Below are positions 48,708 through 58,391 of a stretch of 64,000 bases of DNA, one piece after another. The stretch covers positions 832,001-896,000 of the forward strand of contig CAVVXN010000005.1 in NCBI GenBank assembly GCA_963752285.1. Direction: 5' to 3'. The DNA comes from an uncultured Planctomycetota bacterium (GTDB lineage Bacteria; Planctomycetota; PLA2; JAEUHO01). The notes under the pieces were generated by a model. That model had not been told where the DNA came from. It saw only the letters and a list, made by a program, of their open reading frames with translations, and did not search any database. How positions within the stretch are numbered: the stretch's first letter is position 1; the number at the start of each line of letters is the position of its first letter. A program made the position numbers and the translations under genes.

Positions 48708-49354
48708 CGTCCCGTCACCGGCCCCCCCCCGGCCGCGGCCCGGCCGCCCGAGAGGGCCCGCGCCGTTCGCGACGGATGGGCCGCGTCCCGGAGCGCCCGG
48801 ACCACCGCGACCCCGTCGGCCCCCGCCTCGAGGACCCGCCCGAGACCGGCGGACGTGATCCCGCCGAGCGCCACGACGGGGAGCCCCACGCTCCGCCGGA
48901 GCGCCGCGAAGGCGTCGAGGCCGAGCGCGCGGCCCTTCCCCGGGACGTCGTAGACCGGCGAGAGCACGGCCCAGTCCGCGCCCGCGGCCTCGGCGCGCCG
49001 GAGGTCCTCGGCCTCGTGGCAGGACAGCCCGATCCACCCGGGGAACCAACCGCGGACGGCCTCGATCGGCGGCGCGCGGTGCCCGAGCTGGACCCCGTCC
49101 GCCGCGAGCGAGAGCGCGACGTCGGGACGGTCGCCGATCACCAGGGCCGCGGTGCGGCGCCGGCAGGCCGGGAGGAGGCTTCCGCCCAGGTCGTAGAGCG
49201 CGCGCCCGGTCGCCCCGGGCGCCCGGAGCCACACGGCGGTCACGCCGGCCGCGAGGACGGCCTCGAGACGCCGGAGGTTCGACGCCGCCTCCTCGTCCAC
49301 GACGTAGACGAGCCGGATCGCCGCGCGCGGGTCCGGGCGTCCGGCGGCCGCCAC
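48704..49354 (-). CDS. thiE: Thiamine phosphate synthase/TenI family protein
   Basis: TIM-barrel motifs ADGVQLG, GLSCH, GAD.AVLSPV, PVVALGGIT and GADGVAV; several canonical ThiE residues are altered. Confidence 0.75.
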   Translation of the reverse strand: MAAAGRPDPRAAIRLVYVVDEEAASNLRRLEAVLAAGVTAVWLRAPGATGRALYDLGGSLLPACRRRTAALVIGDRPDVALSLAADGVQLGHRAPPIEAVRGWFPGWIGLSCHEAEDLRRAEAAGADWAVLSPVYDVPGKGRALGLDAFAALRRSVGLPVVALGGITSAGLGRVLEAGADGVAVVRALRDAAHPSRTARALSGGRAAAGGGPVTGR

Positions 49355-49364
49355 GGGCGACGGC

Positions 49365-50144
49365 TCAGCCCGGCTTCCCGGCCGGGCCGGGCGCCGCGCG
49401 CGGCAGGTCGAGGAGCGCGTCGAGTCCGCGGAGGAGCCCCACGCGGCCGGGCATCCGGCGCACGGCGAGGACGACGCCGGGGAGGAAGCACTCGCGTCCT
49501 TCGACGTCGTGCTCCAGGCGGAGGCGTTCGCCGAGCCCGCCGAAGAAGACCTCCTGCCGAGCGACCACGCCCGGGAGACGGAGGCTGTGCACGCGGACGC
49601 CGTCCACGTCGAGGCCGCGCGACGCCTCGCTCGCGCCGGAGAGGCTCCTCCCGCCCACGCGCGCCAGGCGACGCGCCGTGGCGATCGCGGTGCCCGACGG
49701 CGCGTCCCGCTTCCCGGGATGGTGCGTCTCGACGATCTCGACGTCCGGGAAGCGCTCCGCCGCGAGCTCCGCGAACCGCTGCAGCAGCACCATCCCGATC
49801 GAGAAGTTGGGCGCGACGAGGAGGCCCCGCTTGGCCGCGTGCGCCTCCTCGTCCAGCGCGTCGAGGTCGGCGTCCTCGAACCCCGTGGTGCCGATCACGC
49901 CCTGCGCGCCGGCGGCGAGGATCGCGCGCGCGTTCGGGACGGCCGCCGACGGCTCGGTGAAGTCGATGACGACGTCCGCCCGCATGGCGCGCGCGACGCC
50001 GGTGAGGTCGTCGCCCTTCTCGACCTCGCCCACGAGGGAGAGACCGGGCGTGGTGGCCAACCGCGGCACGAGCACGCGGCCCATCCGTCCGCGCGCGCCG
50101 GAGAACACGACGCGCAGCGGGGCCCGAGGGGCGGGCTCCTTCAC
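49365..50144 (-). CDS. dapB: 4-hydroxy-tetrahydrodipicolinate reductase
   Basis: GARGRMG, IDFT, IGTTG, APNFSIG and ETHHPGKRDAPSGTA motifs. Confidence 0.95.
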   Translation of the reverse strand: MKEPAPRAPLRVVFSGARGRMGRVLVPRLATTPGLSLVGEVEKGDDLTGVARAMRADVVIDFTEPSAAVPNARAILAAGAQGVIGTTGFEDADLDALDEEAHAAKRGLLVAPNFSIGMVLLQRFAELAAERFPDVEIVETHHPGKRDAPSGTAIATARRLARVGGRSLSGASEASRGLDVDGVRVHSLRLPGVVARQEVFFGGLGERLRLEHDVEGRECFLPGVVLAVRRMPGRVGLLRGLDALLDLPRAAPGPAGKPG

Positions 50145-50614
50145 GAAGCCCCTGACGCCTTCAGGAACTCCCGCGCGACGCGTTCGACGAGGCGCTGCTG
50201 CGTGGAGGTCTCGATCGAGCCGGGGCGCGCGGTCCGAACCGTCGCGATGGCCTGGGGCGCGGGCGTCCCCCCCGCGGCGAGATACGCGGCGAGGACCATC
50301 CCCGTGCGCCCCAGCCCCGCGCGGCAGTGGACGACCACGGGCTTCCCCGAGGAGATCTGTCGCTGGATCCAGTGCACGGCCTCGCGGAGCGCGTCCACGT
50401 CCGGGACGCCGAAGTCCTCGATCGGGAGGTGCCGCCAGGCCAGCCCCGCCGCGCGGGGGTCGCCGGGCGGGGGCGCCTCGGTCAGGCTCAGGACGGCCTG
50501 GACCCCCTCCGACTTGAGGGTCTCCCAGGCCTCCCGGTCCGGCCACGCCATCCCGGCCAGCTTTCCCTCCTCGAGCCAGGAGAAGTTCGCGAGCCCGCCG
50601 TCGTCCCTCGCCAT
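50141..50614 (-). CDS. Dual-specificity/Cys-based protein phosphatase
   Basis: HLPIEDF and VHCRAGLGRTG (CX5R) motifs; RPGSIET. Confidence 0.93.
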   Translation of the reverse strand: MARDDGGLANFSWLEEGKLAGMAWPDREAWETLKSEGVQAVLSLTEAPPPGDPRAAGLAWRHLPIEDFGVPDVDALREAVHWIQRQISSGKPVVVHCRAGLGRTGMVLAAYLAAGGTPAPQAIATVRTARPGSIETSTQQRLVERVAREFLKASGAS

Positions 50615-50708
50615 GCCCCTTTCGTACCGCCGAGCGCGGGGGAGGGGAAGTCCCCCTCCCTCGGGGCTTCGTTGCGGCGGGGGGAAGGGGTTCGTACCGT
50701 CTCCTCGC

Positions 50709-52475
50709 GTGAACGATCCGCAGGCGAAGACCCTCGTCGCGTTGGGCATCGTGTTCCTGGGCGCCGTTCTCCCCGGGGTCGGCCTCGACCTGGTGGCGAT
50801 CCTGGCCGTCACGTTCCTCGTGGTCGGAGGCGTGCTCACCGCGGACGACGCGGCCGCCGGGTTCGGCAGCACGACGATGCTCACCGTCGCGTGCATGTTC
50901 GTCCTGGCGGAGGCCCTGCAGCAGACGGGCGCGGCCGACCGCGTCACGCACTTCGCGCGACAGGCGGGCCGGGTCGGCGTGCGCCGGCTCTTCATTCTCC
51001 TCCTGCCGATGGTGATGCTCCTCTCGGCGTTCATGAACAACACGGGCGTCGTCGTGCTCCTCCTCCCGGCGTTCGTCGCGATCGCCGACGAGCACGGCCT
51101 GCCGCCGAGCCGGCTCCTGATCCCGCTCTCCTACGCGGCGATCCTCGGCGGGACCATGACGCTCGTCGGCACGACGACGAACCTCCTCGTGGACGGCATG
51201 GTCCGCCAGGCCGGCATGGAGGGGATCCGTCTCCTCGACTTCCTGCCGGTCGGCGGCGCGTTCGCCGCCGTGGGTCTCGTCTACCTGATCGTGGTGGGAC
51301 CGCGCCTCGTCCCGGACCGCATGGGTCTCTCGACGCTCGGACCGAAGTCGCAACGCTCGGACTACCTGACCGAGGTGGTCCTGGGACGCGGCTCCCGCCT
51401 CGTCGGCCGCACGCTGGACGAGGTCGTCGCGACGACGGCGGGCGTGCGCTTCCTCGAGATCGTGCGCGGCGAGGAGACGCTCTGGCCACCGTACACGGGG
51501 ATCCACCTGCAGGAGGGCGACCTGCTCCTCGTGAAGGGGCCGCCCCAGGCCATCGTCGCGCTGCTCCAGGAGCGCGGCCTCTCGGGTCCGCCCGACGGAG
51601 AGGGCCGCGTGATGGACGTCACCCTCGAGCTCGCCGAGGTGATGATCGCGCCGGGCTCGCGCATCGAGCGCACGACGGTGAGCGCGGCGGGCCTGCGGCG
51701 GCGCTTCGGCGTGGTGATCCTCGCGGTGCTGCGCCGCGGCGAGCACCTGCGCCAGCACCTCGGCTCGGTCGCGTTGCAGGTCGGCGACCTCCTGCTCGTG
51801 CAGGGCGAGGAGCGCGACCTCGCCCGACTCGGCTCGTCCCCCGACCTGATCCTCCTCGGCGGGCCCCGACCGCGCGCGCCGAGGCGACACAAGGCGGTGC
51901 TCGCGGTGACCGTCGTGGCCGTCGCGCTCGCCGCGGCCGCGGCCGGCTGGCTCGCCCTCCCGGTCGCCGCGCTCGTCGCGAGCGTCGGCCTCGTGGCCGG
52001 CCGGTGCATCTCGAGCGGGCAGGCGTACCGCGCGATCAACCTGCGACTGGTGGTGATCCTGGGCTGCATGCTCGGGGTCGGCCTCGCGGTCCACAAGACG
52101 GGCCTCGCGCACGCGGTCGCGGAGTCGATCGTGTCGCTCGGCCGACCCTGGGGGCCCGTCGGGATGCTCGCGGCCATCTACCTCGCGACCTCGCTCCTGA
52201 CGGAGGTGGTGACGAACGCGGGCACGGCGAGCATCATGGTGCCCGTCGCGCTCGAGACCGCGCAGCTCGCGTCCGTGTCGCACCGCCCGTTCGTGATGGC
52301 GGTCGCGCTCGCGGCCTCCTGCAGCATGCTGACGCCCATCGGCTACCAGACGAACCTGCTGGTGTACGCGCCGGGCGGGTACCGGTTCCTCGACTACCTC
52401 CGCGTCGGGCTGCCGCTGGAGCTCCTCCTCTGGGGGATCGCGACCCTCCTCCTTCCCGTCGTGTTCCCGTTCTGA
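50709..52475 (+). CDS. SLC13/CitM family permease with two TrkA-C domains
   Basis: SAFMNNT, GGTMTLVGTTTNL and TPIGYQTNLLVYAPGGYRF motifs. Confidence 0.93.
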   Translation: MNDPQAKTLVALGIVFLGAVLPGVGLDLVAILAVTFLVVGGVLTADDAAAGFGSTTMLTVACMFVLAEALQQTGAADRVTHFARQAGRVGVRRLFILLLPMVMLLSAFMNNTGVVVLLLPAFVAIADEHGLPPSRLLIPLSYAAILGGTMTLVGTTTNLLVDGMVRQAGMEGIRLLDFLPVGGAFAAVGLVYLIVVGPRLVPDRMGLSTLGPKSQRSDYLTEVVLGRGSRLVGRTLDEVVATTAGVRFLEIVRGEETLWPPYTGIHLQEGDLLLVKGPPQAIVALLQERGLSGPPDGEGRVMDVTLELAEVMIAPGSRIERTTVSAAGLRRRFGVVILAVLRRGEHLRQHLGSVALQVGDLLLVQGEERDLARLGSSPDLILLGGPRPRAPRRHKAVLAVTVVAVALAAAAAGWLALPVAALVASVGLVAGRCISSGQAYRAINLRLVVILGCMLGVGLAVHKTGLAHAVAESIVSLGRPWGPVGMLAAIYLATSLLTEVVTNAGTASIMVPVALETAQLASVSHRPFVMAVALAASCSMLTPIGYQTNLLVYAPGGYRFLDYLRVGLPLELLLWGIATLLLPVVFPF

Positions 52476-52492
52476 CGCGGCGCCGGCTCGGT

Positions 52493-52536
52493 CTGTGAAG
52501 GAAGGGGCCGAAGCCCCGGTCTCGATTCCTTCACAG
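52493..52536. terminator. Stem-loop between convergent genes (probable terminator)
   Basis: 11-bp inverted arms CTGTGAAGGAA / TTCCTTCACAG enclosing GGGGC-CGAA-GCCCC. Confidence 0.5.
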
Positions 52537-52540
52537 GCGC

Positions 52541-53515
52541 TCAGTCGGAGGGAGCGCGCGCGAGCGCGCGGACGACGTCCCCTACGTGGACGGCGAGGAG
52601 CGACAGGCCGACGAGCGCCGCGACGACCGCGCCCGCGAGATCGGCGCCGCGCGTCGCGAGGAGCAGGCACGAGAGGGAGAGCGCGGCGTACCGGACCGCG
52701 ACCACGACCGCGGGCGTTCCGGCGGCGACGAGCCGCTGGTACGGGTGCCAGCGGTGCGGCGCGGTCCACCCGAAGCCGTGGCGCCGCTTCAGCACCACGC
52801 CCCACGCGACGTCCAGCGCAGCCGGAAGGAGCACGGCGGCGACCGCCACGAGCGGGAGGCCGGCCCCCGCGGCGGGCCCGTCGAGCGCGAGCGTGGCGGC
52901 GAGGAACCCGAGCGCGTGCGTCGTCGCGTCGCCGGGGAACACCCGCGCGGGCGTGCGGTTCCAGGCCGCGAGCGCGAGGAGACCGCCGAGCGCCGCCGCG
53001 TACACCGCGCCGGCGTCGCCGCCCGCCCCCGCCCCCGCGCCGAGGAGCACCGCGCCCGTCGCGCACGTGATGGCGTCGATGCCGTCGAGGAAGTTCACGA
53101 CGTTCGTCACGACGAGGACGAAGGCGGCGACGAGCGCGACGTTTGCGGGATCGGGAAGCGAGACCGTGTCGGGGAGGCTGGCGCCCGAGAGCGCCGCGTA
53201 GCCGACCGCGGCCGCGACCTGGAGGCACAGCTTGGACGGGCCCGCGATCCGGCCCAGGTCGTCGAGCGCGCCGACCGCAAAGAACGCGAGCGCGCCGAGC
53301 GAGACCGGGAGCCCGAGGCGCGCGGGCGCGAGGAGGGCGAGCGCGAGGGCCCCCGCCAGGAGCGCGCCCACCCCGCCGGTCCGGGGGACGGGCCGCGCGT
53401 GGACGCGGCGCGCATCGGGGCGGTCCAGGAGGCCGATCCGGCGGCCGATCCGCGCCGCCGCCCCGACGCCGGCGAGCCCGAGGAGGAAGGCGAGGGCGGC
53501 GGCGGTCTCGGGCAC
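52541..53515 (-). CDS. Glycosyltransferase family 4 (MraY/WecA-like polyprenyl-phosphate sugar-1-phosphate transferase)
   Basis: LDRPDARRVH..PVPRTGG, GALDD, NVVNFLDGID, ARVFPGD and HPYQRL motifs. Confidence 0.9.
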   Translation of the reverse strand: MPETAAALAFLLGLAGVGAAARIGRRIGLLDRPDARRVHARPVPRTGGVGALLAGALALALLAPARLGLPVSLGALAFFAVGALDDLGRIAGPSKLCLQVAAAVGYAALSGASLPDTVSLPDPANVALVAAFVLVVTNVVNFLDGIDAITCATGAVLLGAGAGAGGDAGAVYAAALGGLLALAAWNRTPARVFPGDATTHALGFLAATLALDGPAAGAGLPLVAVAAVLLPAALDVAWGVVLKRRHGFGWTAPHRWHPYQRLVAAGTPAVVVAVRYAALSLSCLLLATRGADLAGAVVAALVGLSLLAVHVGDVVRALARAPSD

Positions 53516-53634
53516 CCCGTCCTTGTAGCCCCTCGTCCGCCCGCCCGAAACCTCGGCGACCCGCAGGGGTACGGCCTGTCGAGAGCACGGTCGCCCCGCC
53601 CCCGCGGGCGCTCGGCGACCCGGAGGTGCCCGCC

Positions 53635-54852
53635 GTGCCCACCCGCCTCGCGTCGAAGGCCGCGCTCGCGCACCTGGCCCGGCGCGCGGGCTTTGGTCCG
53701 GACCTCGCCACGTGGGGGGAACGCGCCGGCGACGATCCCGACGCGGCCCTCCGGGCGGTCCTCGCGTCGCTGGGGACGCCGGCGGCCGGGGCGCCCGCAG
53801 CTTCGACCTCCGAGGAAGCGGACTTCGATCCCTACGCGCCGGCGGCGATCCAGACGCGCGCGCTCTCGTCGATGCTTTGGAGCCCCGCGCCGCTTCGCGA
53901 GCGGCTCGCGCTCGTCTGGCACGACCACTTCGCGACGAGCGACGCGAAGGTCCGCGACCCCGGCGCGATGTGGCGGCAGTGGCGCCTCCTTCACGCGCGC
54001 GGATCCGGGCGGCTCGAGGCGCTCGTCGTTGGGCTGCTCGAGGACGTCGCGATGCTCCGCTGGCTCGACGGCGACGCGAACCGGAAGGGTCAGCCCAACG
54101 AGAACCTCGCACGCGAGCTGCTGGAGCTCTTCCTCCTCGGGCGCGGGCGCTACGACGAGCACGACGTGCGCGAGGTGGCCCGCGCCCTCACGGGCGCGAC
54201 GACGAGGGGCGGCGCGTACGCGTTCGACCCCGCGCTCCACGACGACGGCGAGAAGACCGTACTCGGTGCGCGCGGACGCCTGGACGCCGCGGGCGTCGTG
54301 CGCCTCCTCGTCCACTCGGACGCCTGTCGCCGCCACGTCGCGCGGCGGCTCCTCGCGTCGTTCGTCACGCCAGCGCCGGACGAGGCCGACGTCGTTCGCG
54401 TCGCGCGCCGCCTCGCACAGAGCGACGGCGACGTCGGAGCGGGGCTCGCCGCGGTGTTCGAGCCGGACCATTTCTTCCGGCGCGAGCACGCACACACGCT
54501 CGTGCGGGGCCCGGTCGAGACCCTGGTGGCCGCACTCCGCGCGGCGGGCGCGCGCGAGGTGCCCTCCTGGGCGCACGCCGTTCTCGCCCGCGCCGGGCAG
54601 ACGCTCTTCCGACCGCCCTCGGTCAAAGGCTGGCCTGCGGGCGCACGCTGGCTCACGACGGCCACCACGGTCGCGCGGGTGGACCTCGCGTCGCGCGTCG
54701 CGGACGGCGTGGCGGACGGCGACGCCGACCAGGTCGTCGAGACCGCGTACGCGGGCGACGTCCCCTCGTCGGTCGCGCGGGTGCTTCGCGGCGTGCGCGG
54801 CCGCCGCCGCGTCGCGATCGCGCTCGCCGCGCCGGAGTTCCAGGTCGCATGA
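53635..54852 (+). CDS. DUF1800 domain-containing protein (copy 1)
   Basis: HLARRAGFG, LRERLALVWHDHFATS, PNENLARELLELF and PPSVKGW motifs; GGAGG RBS. Confidence 0.92.
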   Translation: MPTRLASKAALAHLARRAGFGPDLATWGERAGDDPDAALRAVLASLGTPAAGAPAASTSEEADFDPYAPAAIQTRALSSMLWSPAPLRERLALVWHDHFATSDAKVRDPGAMWRQWRLLHARGSGRLEALVVGLLEDVAMLRWLDGDANRKGQPNENLARELLELFLLGRGRYDEHDVREVARALTGATTRGGAYAFDPALHDDGEKTVLGARGRLDAAGVVRLLVHSDACRRHVARRLLASFVTPAPDEADVVRVARRLAQSDGDVGAGLAAVFEPDHFFRREHAHTLVRGPVETLVAALRAAGAREVPSWAHAVLARAGQTLFRPPSVKGWPAGARWLTTATTVARVDLASRVADGVADGDADQVVETAYAGDVPSSVARVLRGVRGRRRVAIALAAPEFQVA

Positions 54853-56027
54853 CGCCGTCCCGCCCCCCCACCCGACGTGACGTACTCCAGGGCCTCGCGG
54901 CGGCTGGCCTCGTCGCGGCGCTCCCCGCGTCGCTCCTCGCCGCGCCGAGGACGCGCCGGCGCCGGACCGTGATCTGGCTCCACCTGCGGGGAGGGAACGA
55001 CGCGCTCGCCACCGTCGCCCCCATGCGCGACGCGCGCTACCGGCGTCTCCGTCCGACGCTCGCGCCCGACCCGGATGCGGTCCTGGACCTCGCGGACGGT
55101 CGCACCCTGGCGCCCGCGCTCCAGGGCCTTCACGGACTCTGGAAGCGCGACCGCCTCGCGATCGTGGAGGGCGTCTCGTGGCCGCGGCCCGACCTCAGCC
55201 ACTTCCGTTCCACCGCGCTCTGGCACGCGGGCCGCGAGCGCACGATCGACGGCTGGGCGGGCCGCGCGCTCGCGAACGAGTCGCACGGCCTTCGCGCGGT
55301 CGCGCTCGCGGACGAGCCGCCGTTGCTCCTGGAGGGCGCGGGTCCGACGACCGCGGTGTTCCGCGAGCCCTCGGCGCTCGCCGAACCCGCGGACGCCGAC
55401 GCCGTGCGCCTCCTCTATCGCGCCGGCGCGATCTCGCCCCGCGCCGTGGGCGAGGTCGCGCGCGTCGGCGCCGAGGCGCTCGACGTCGCGTCGCGGCTCG
55501 CACGACTCGCCCCCGTGCCCCTCACGCACGGCGGCGCGGGCGGGCCCGGGCCCTCGCGACTCGCCACCGACCTCGGCCTGGCCCTCGCGCTCGTCGCGTC
55601 CGAGCCCGACCTCGCCGTGGTCTCGCTCGCACACGACGGCTACGACACGCACGCGAACCAGGCCGCCACGCACGCCGCCCTCCTCGGGGACCTCGGCCGC
55701 TCCCTCGCGAGCTTCCAGGGCGAGGTGGAACGTCGCGGACTCGGGGACCGGGTCGCGGTGTTCGTCTGGAGCGAGTTCGGACGCCGTGCGGCGGAGAACG
55801 CGTCGGCCGGCACCGACCACGGCACCGCCGGCGTGGTGTTCGTCGTGGCCGAGGGCCTCCAGCCCGGCCTCTACGGCGCGCCCCCGGCCCTCGACGACCT
55901 CCGGGACGGAAACCTCGTGCCCACCACCGACCTGAGGCGCGTGGAGGCCGAGGCGCTCGCCTACGCGCTCGACGTCGATCCCGTTCCGGTCCTCGGTCCG
56001 CACGCGCCCCTGGAGATCCTCTCGTGA
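54849..56027 (+). CDS. DUF1501 domain-containing protein (copy 1, Tat signal)
   Basis: TRRDVLQ Tat-like signal; GGNDAL, SHFRS, YDTHANQ and SEFGR..ENASAGTDHG motifs. Confidence 0.93.
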   Translation: MTPSRPPTRRDVLQGLAAAGLVAALPASLLAAPRTRRRRTVIWLHLRGGNDALATVAPMRDARYRRLRPTLAPDPDAVLDLADGRTLAPALQGLHGLWKRDRLAIVEGVSWPRPDLSHFRSTALWHAGRERTIDGWAGRALANESHGLRAVALADEPPLLLEGAGPTTAVFREPSALAEPADADAVRLLYRAGAISPRAVGEVARVGAEALDVASRLARLAPVPLTHGGAGGPGPSRLATDLGLALALVASEPDLAVVSLAHDGYDTHANQAATHAALLGDLGRSLASFQGEVERRGLGDRVAVFVWSEFGRRAAENASAGTDHGTAGVVFVVAEGLQPGLYGAPPALDDLRDGNLVPTTDLRRVEAEALAYALDVDPVPVLGPHAPLEILS

Positions 56028-57343
56028 AGCGTCCCGCCGCCGCGTTCGTCGCCGCCCTCTCGGCCTTCTTCGCCCTGGCGACCCTCCTCCCCCCCGCGCG
56101 CGCGGACGGCCCGGCTCGCGCGTCGTTCGATCCCGCCGGCCTCGACGTGCTTCCCGTGCACGACGTGGAGTGGGCCCTCCTCGCCCGCGACCATCCGGAC
56201 GACGTCGCCGAGCTCCTCGTCCTCGGACAGCGCGCGAAGAAGATCGGCGAGCACCTCGCCGCCCGTCCGGACCCGAACGACGCGGGCGGACGCATCCTCC
56301 GGGCGGAGTCGCAGCGCGTCGTCGAGCAGATCGCCGAGCGCATCGACGCGCTCCGGCCCGCGCTCGCCGCGCTCGGGATCGACGACGACGTCCTCTCCGT
56401 GACGCGCGACGTGCCCGCGGGGCCGCGCCGTCCGGTGCGCCAGGCGGTCCGGCTCGTGGGGATGGCGCCCGGCGTCGCGGCGCGCGCGAAGGCGCTCCTC
56501 GAGGTCCTCGTCCCCCGCGTGGACGGCGCGCTCCTCGCGCTCGACGCCGCCGTGCAACGCGAACGGGCCGCCGGCGCGACGTCGGCCGACGCGCTCGCGA
56601 CCGAGGCCGCCGCCCTCGAGCGTCGGTTCTGGCGTGTGGTGGACGCCGCGCTCGACGACGCGGCGCGCGCGTGGCTGCGCCGGCGCCTGCCGAACGACGT
56701 CGCGAAGTCGAGCGACCTGCTCGAGCACGTCTTCCTCCTCCCGGACCTCACCCCCTCGCAGCTCGCGCGCATCCAGGCGCTCGTGGTCGGCGTGGACGCC
56801 GCCAGCGCGGGTGATCGCGCGGCGCTCGCGAAGATCCCGGGCGGTCCCCTCGCGCCGGCCGGGCGCGAGCCGGCGCTCCGCCTGGCGGGCGTCGTGGCCG
56901 ACGCGTGGGCGCGCGGCCTCGCGATCCTGACGCCCGCGCAACGCCTCGCGCTGGCCGCCCTCCCGCCGCGGCTGACCGCGAAGGAGCGGGGGGGCGATCT
57001 GAAGGAGGTGCTCGCGGCCGTGGACCTCGACCCCGCGGAGCAGGAGGCCGCGCGTCGCCTCGCCGTCGCGTACGGCCCGACGAAGGGCCGGCTCGCCGAG
57101 CGCCTCGTCGCGCTCGCGCTCCGGGCGCGGGCCGAGCCGGCGGAGAGCCCGCGGGCGGCGGGCCTCCAGGCGGAGTCCCTCGCGGCCTACGCCTCGGCGC
57201 TCCTCGACGCGCGGCGCGCGGCGACGGCGGTGTTCGTGGACCTCCTCCGGCCCGACCAGGTCACGCAGTGGGTGCTCGGAAACGGCGCCGGCGCGGCCGC
57301 GCGCGGCCCGTCATCGCCCCCCGCCGCCAAGGGTCAGGGATAG
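56024..57343 (+). CDS. Exported helical protein with LTxxQ (Spy/CpxP-like) motifs
   Basis: Signal peptide; LTPSQ, LTPAQ, LDPAEQ and LRPDQ motifs; GTGA overlap with DUF1501. Confidence 0.65.
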   Translation: MKRPAAAFVAALSAFFALATLLPPARADGPARASFDPAGLDVLPVHDVEWALLARDHPDDVAELLVLGQRAKKIGEHLAARPDPNDAGGRILRAESQRVVEQIAERIDALRPALAALGIDDDVLSVTRDVPAGPRRPVRQAVRLVGMAPGVAARAKALLEVLVPRVDGALLALDAAVQRERAAGATSADALATEAAALERRFWRVVDAALDDAARAWLRRRLPNDVAKSSDLLEHVFLLPDLTPSQLARIQALVVGVDAASAGDRAALAKIPGGPLAPAGREPALRLAGVVADAWARGLAILTPAQRLALAALPPRLTAKERGGDLKEVLAAVDLDPAEQEAARRLAVAYGPTKGRLAERLVALALRARAEPAESPRAAGLQAESLAAYASALLDARRAATAVFVDLLRPDQVTQWVLGNGAGAAARGPSSPPAAKGQG

Positions 57344-57403
57344 AGTTGGGCCCCGATCCGCCGGCCGGGCCGCTCGGACCGGCGTCGGGAGAGGTGCGGG
57401 GCG

Positions 57404-58375
57404 TTGAAGATCCACGAGGTCGTCGTCGTCGGCGCCGGGCTGGCCGGGGCGTCCACCGCGTGGCACCTCGCGCAAAGGGGCATAGACGACGTCCTGCTGT
57501 TCGAGCGCGAGGCGACGCCGGGGGTCCACTCCTCGGGGCGCAACGCCAGCATGGTCCGCGAGCGGGTGCGCGACGCGACGTGGCAGCCCCTGGCCACCGA
57601 GGGGGCGGCGTTCCTCCGCGAAGGGAGGTTCGCCGAGTTCAAGCGGACGGGCAGCCTGCTCCTCGGGCTCGGCGACGAGAACGCGGCCGCGCACGTGCCG
57701 ATCGCGCGCGGAAGCGGGCTCTGGTGCCCCGACGACGGTCTCGTGGACGTCGCCGCGCTCCTCGCCGGCTACCTCTACGGTCGCGACGTGCGCTACGGGA
57801 CGAGCGTCCGCGGCTGGTCCCGCGCGGGCGATCATCTCGTGGTGCAGACGTCGGCCGGAGAGATCGGCGCCCGGACGCTCGTGAACGCGGCGGGACCGTG
57901 GGCCGGCGAGGTGGGCGGGATCCCGATGACCCCGCTGAACCGCCACGTCTTCGTGACCGAGCCGATGCCGGACGTGGACCCCGCCTGGCCGTTCGTCTGG
58001 GACGTGGACGCCGGCTTCTACTTTCGCCCCGAGTCGGGAGGACTCCTGCTCTCGCCGTGCGACGAGACGTCGGCACCTCCCGGCGCGTACGTCCAGGACG
58101 AGGCGCAGCTCGAACGGCTCGCGTGGCTGGTGGAGACGCGCCAGCCCGCGCTCGGGGACCTCAAGATCGCGTACCGCTGGGTGGGCCAGCGCACGTTCGC
58201 CGCCGACCGCGCGCCCGTGATCGGACGAGACCCCGCGGAAGCCCGTCTCGTGCACGTGGCCGGCCTGGGGGGCCACGGGGTGACGGGCTCCTTCGCGGTG
58301 GGCCGGGTCGCCGCGGACGCGGTGCTGGGCGAGGCCGTTCCCGAGTCGGTGGACCCCGCGCGCCTCGCGAGGTAG
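57404..58375 (+). CDS. FAD-dependent oxidoreductase (DAO/DadA family)
   Basis: VVGAGLAG, SSGRNA, VNAAGPWA, YFRPE and AGLGGHG motifs. Confidence 0.92.
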   Translation: MKIHEVVVVGAGLAGASTAWHLAQRGIDDVLLFEREATPGVHSSGRNASMVRERVRDATWQPLATEGAAFLREGRFAEFKRTGSLLLGLGDENAAAHVPIARGSGLWCPDDGLVDVAALLAGYLYGRDVRYGTSVRGWSRAGDHLVVQTSAGEIGARTLVNAAGPWAGEVGGIPMTPLNRHVFVTEPMPDVDPAWPFVWDVDAGFYFRPESGGLLLSPCDETSAPPGAYVQDEAQLERLAWLVETRQPALGDLKIAYRWVGQRTFAADRAPVIGRDPAEARLVHVAGLGGHGVTGSFAVGRVAADAVLGEAVPESVDPARLAR

Positions 58376-58391
58376 CACGCCGCCCCGCCCC

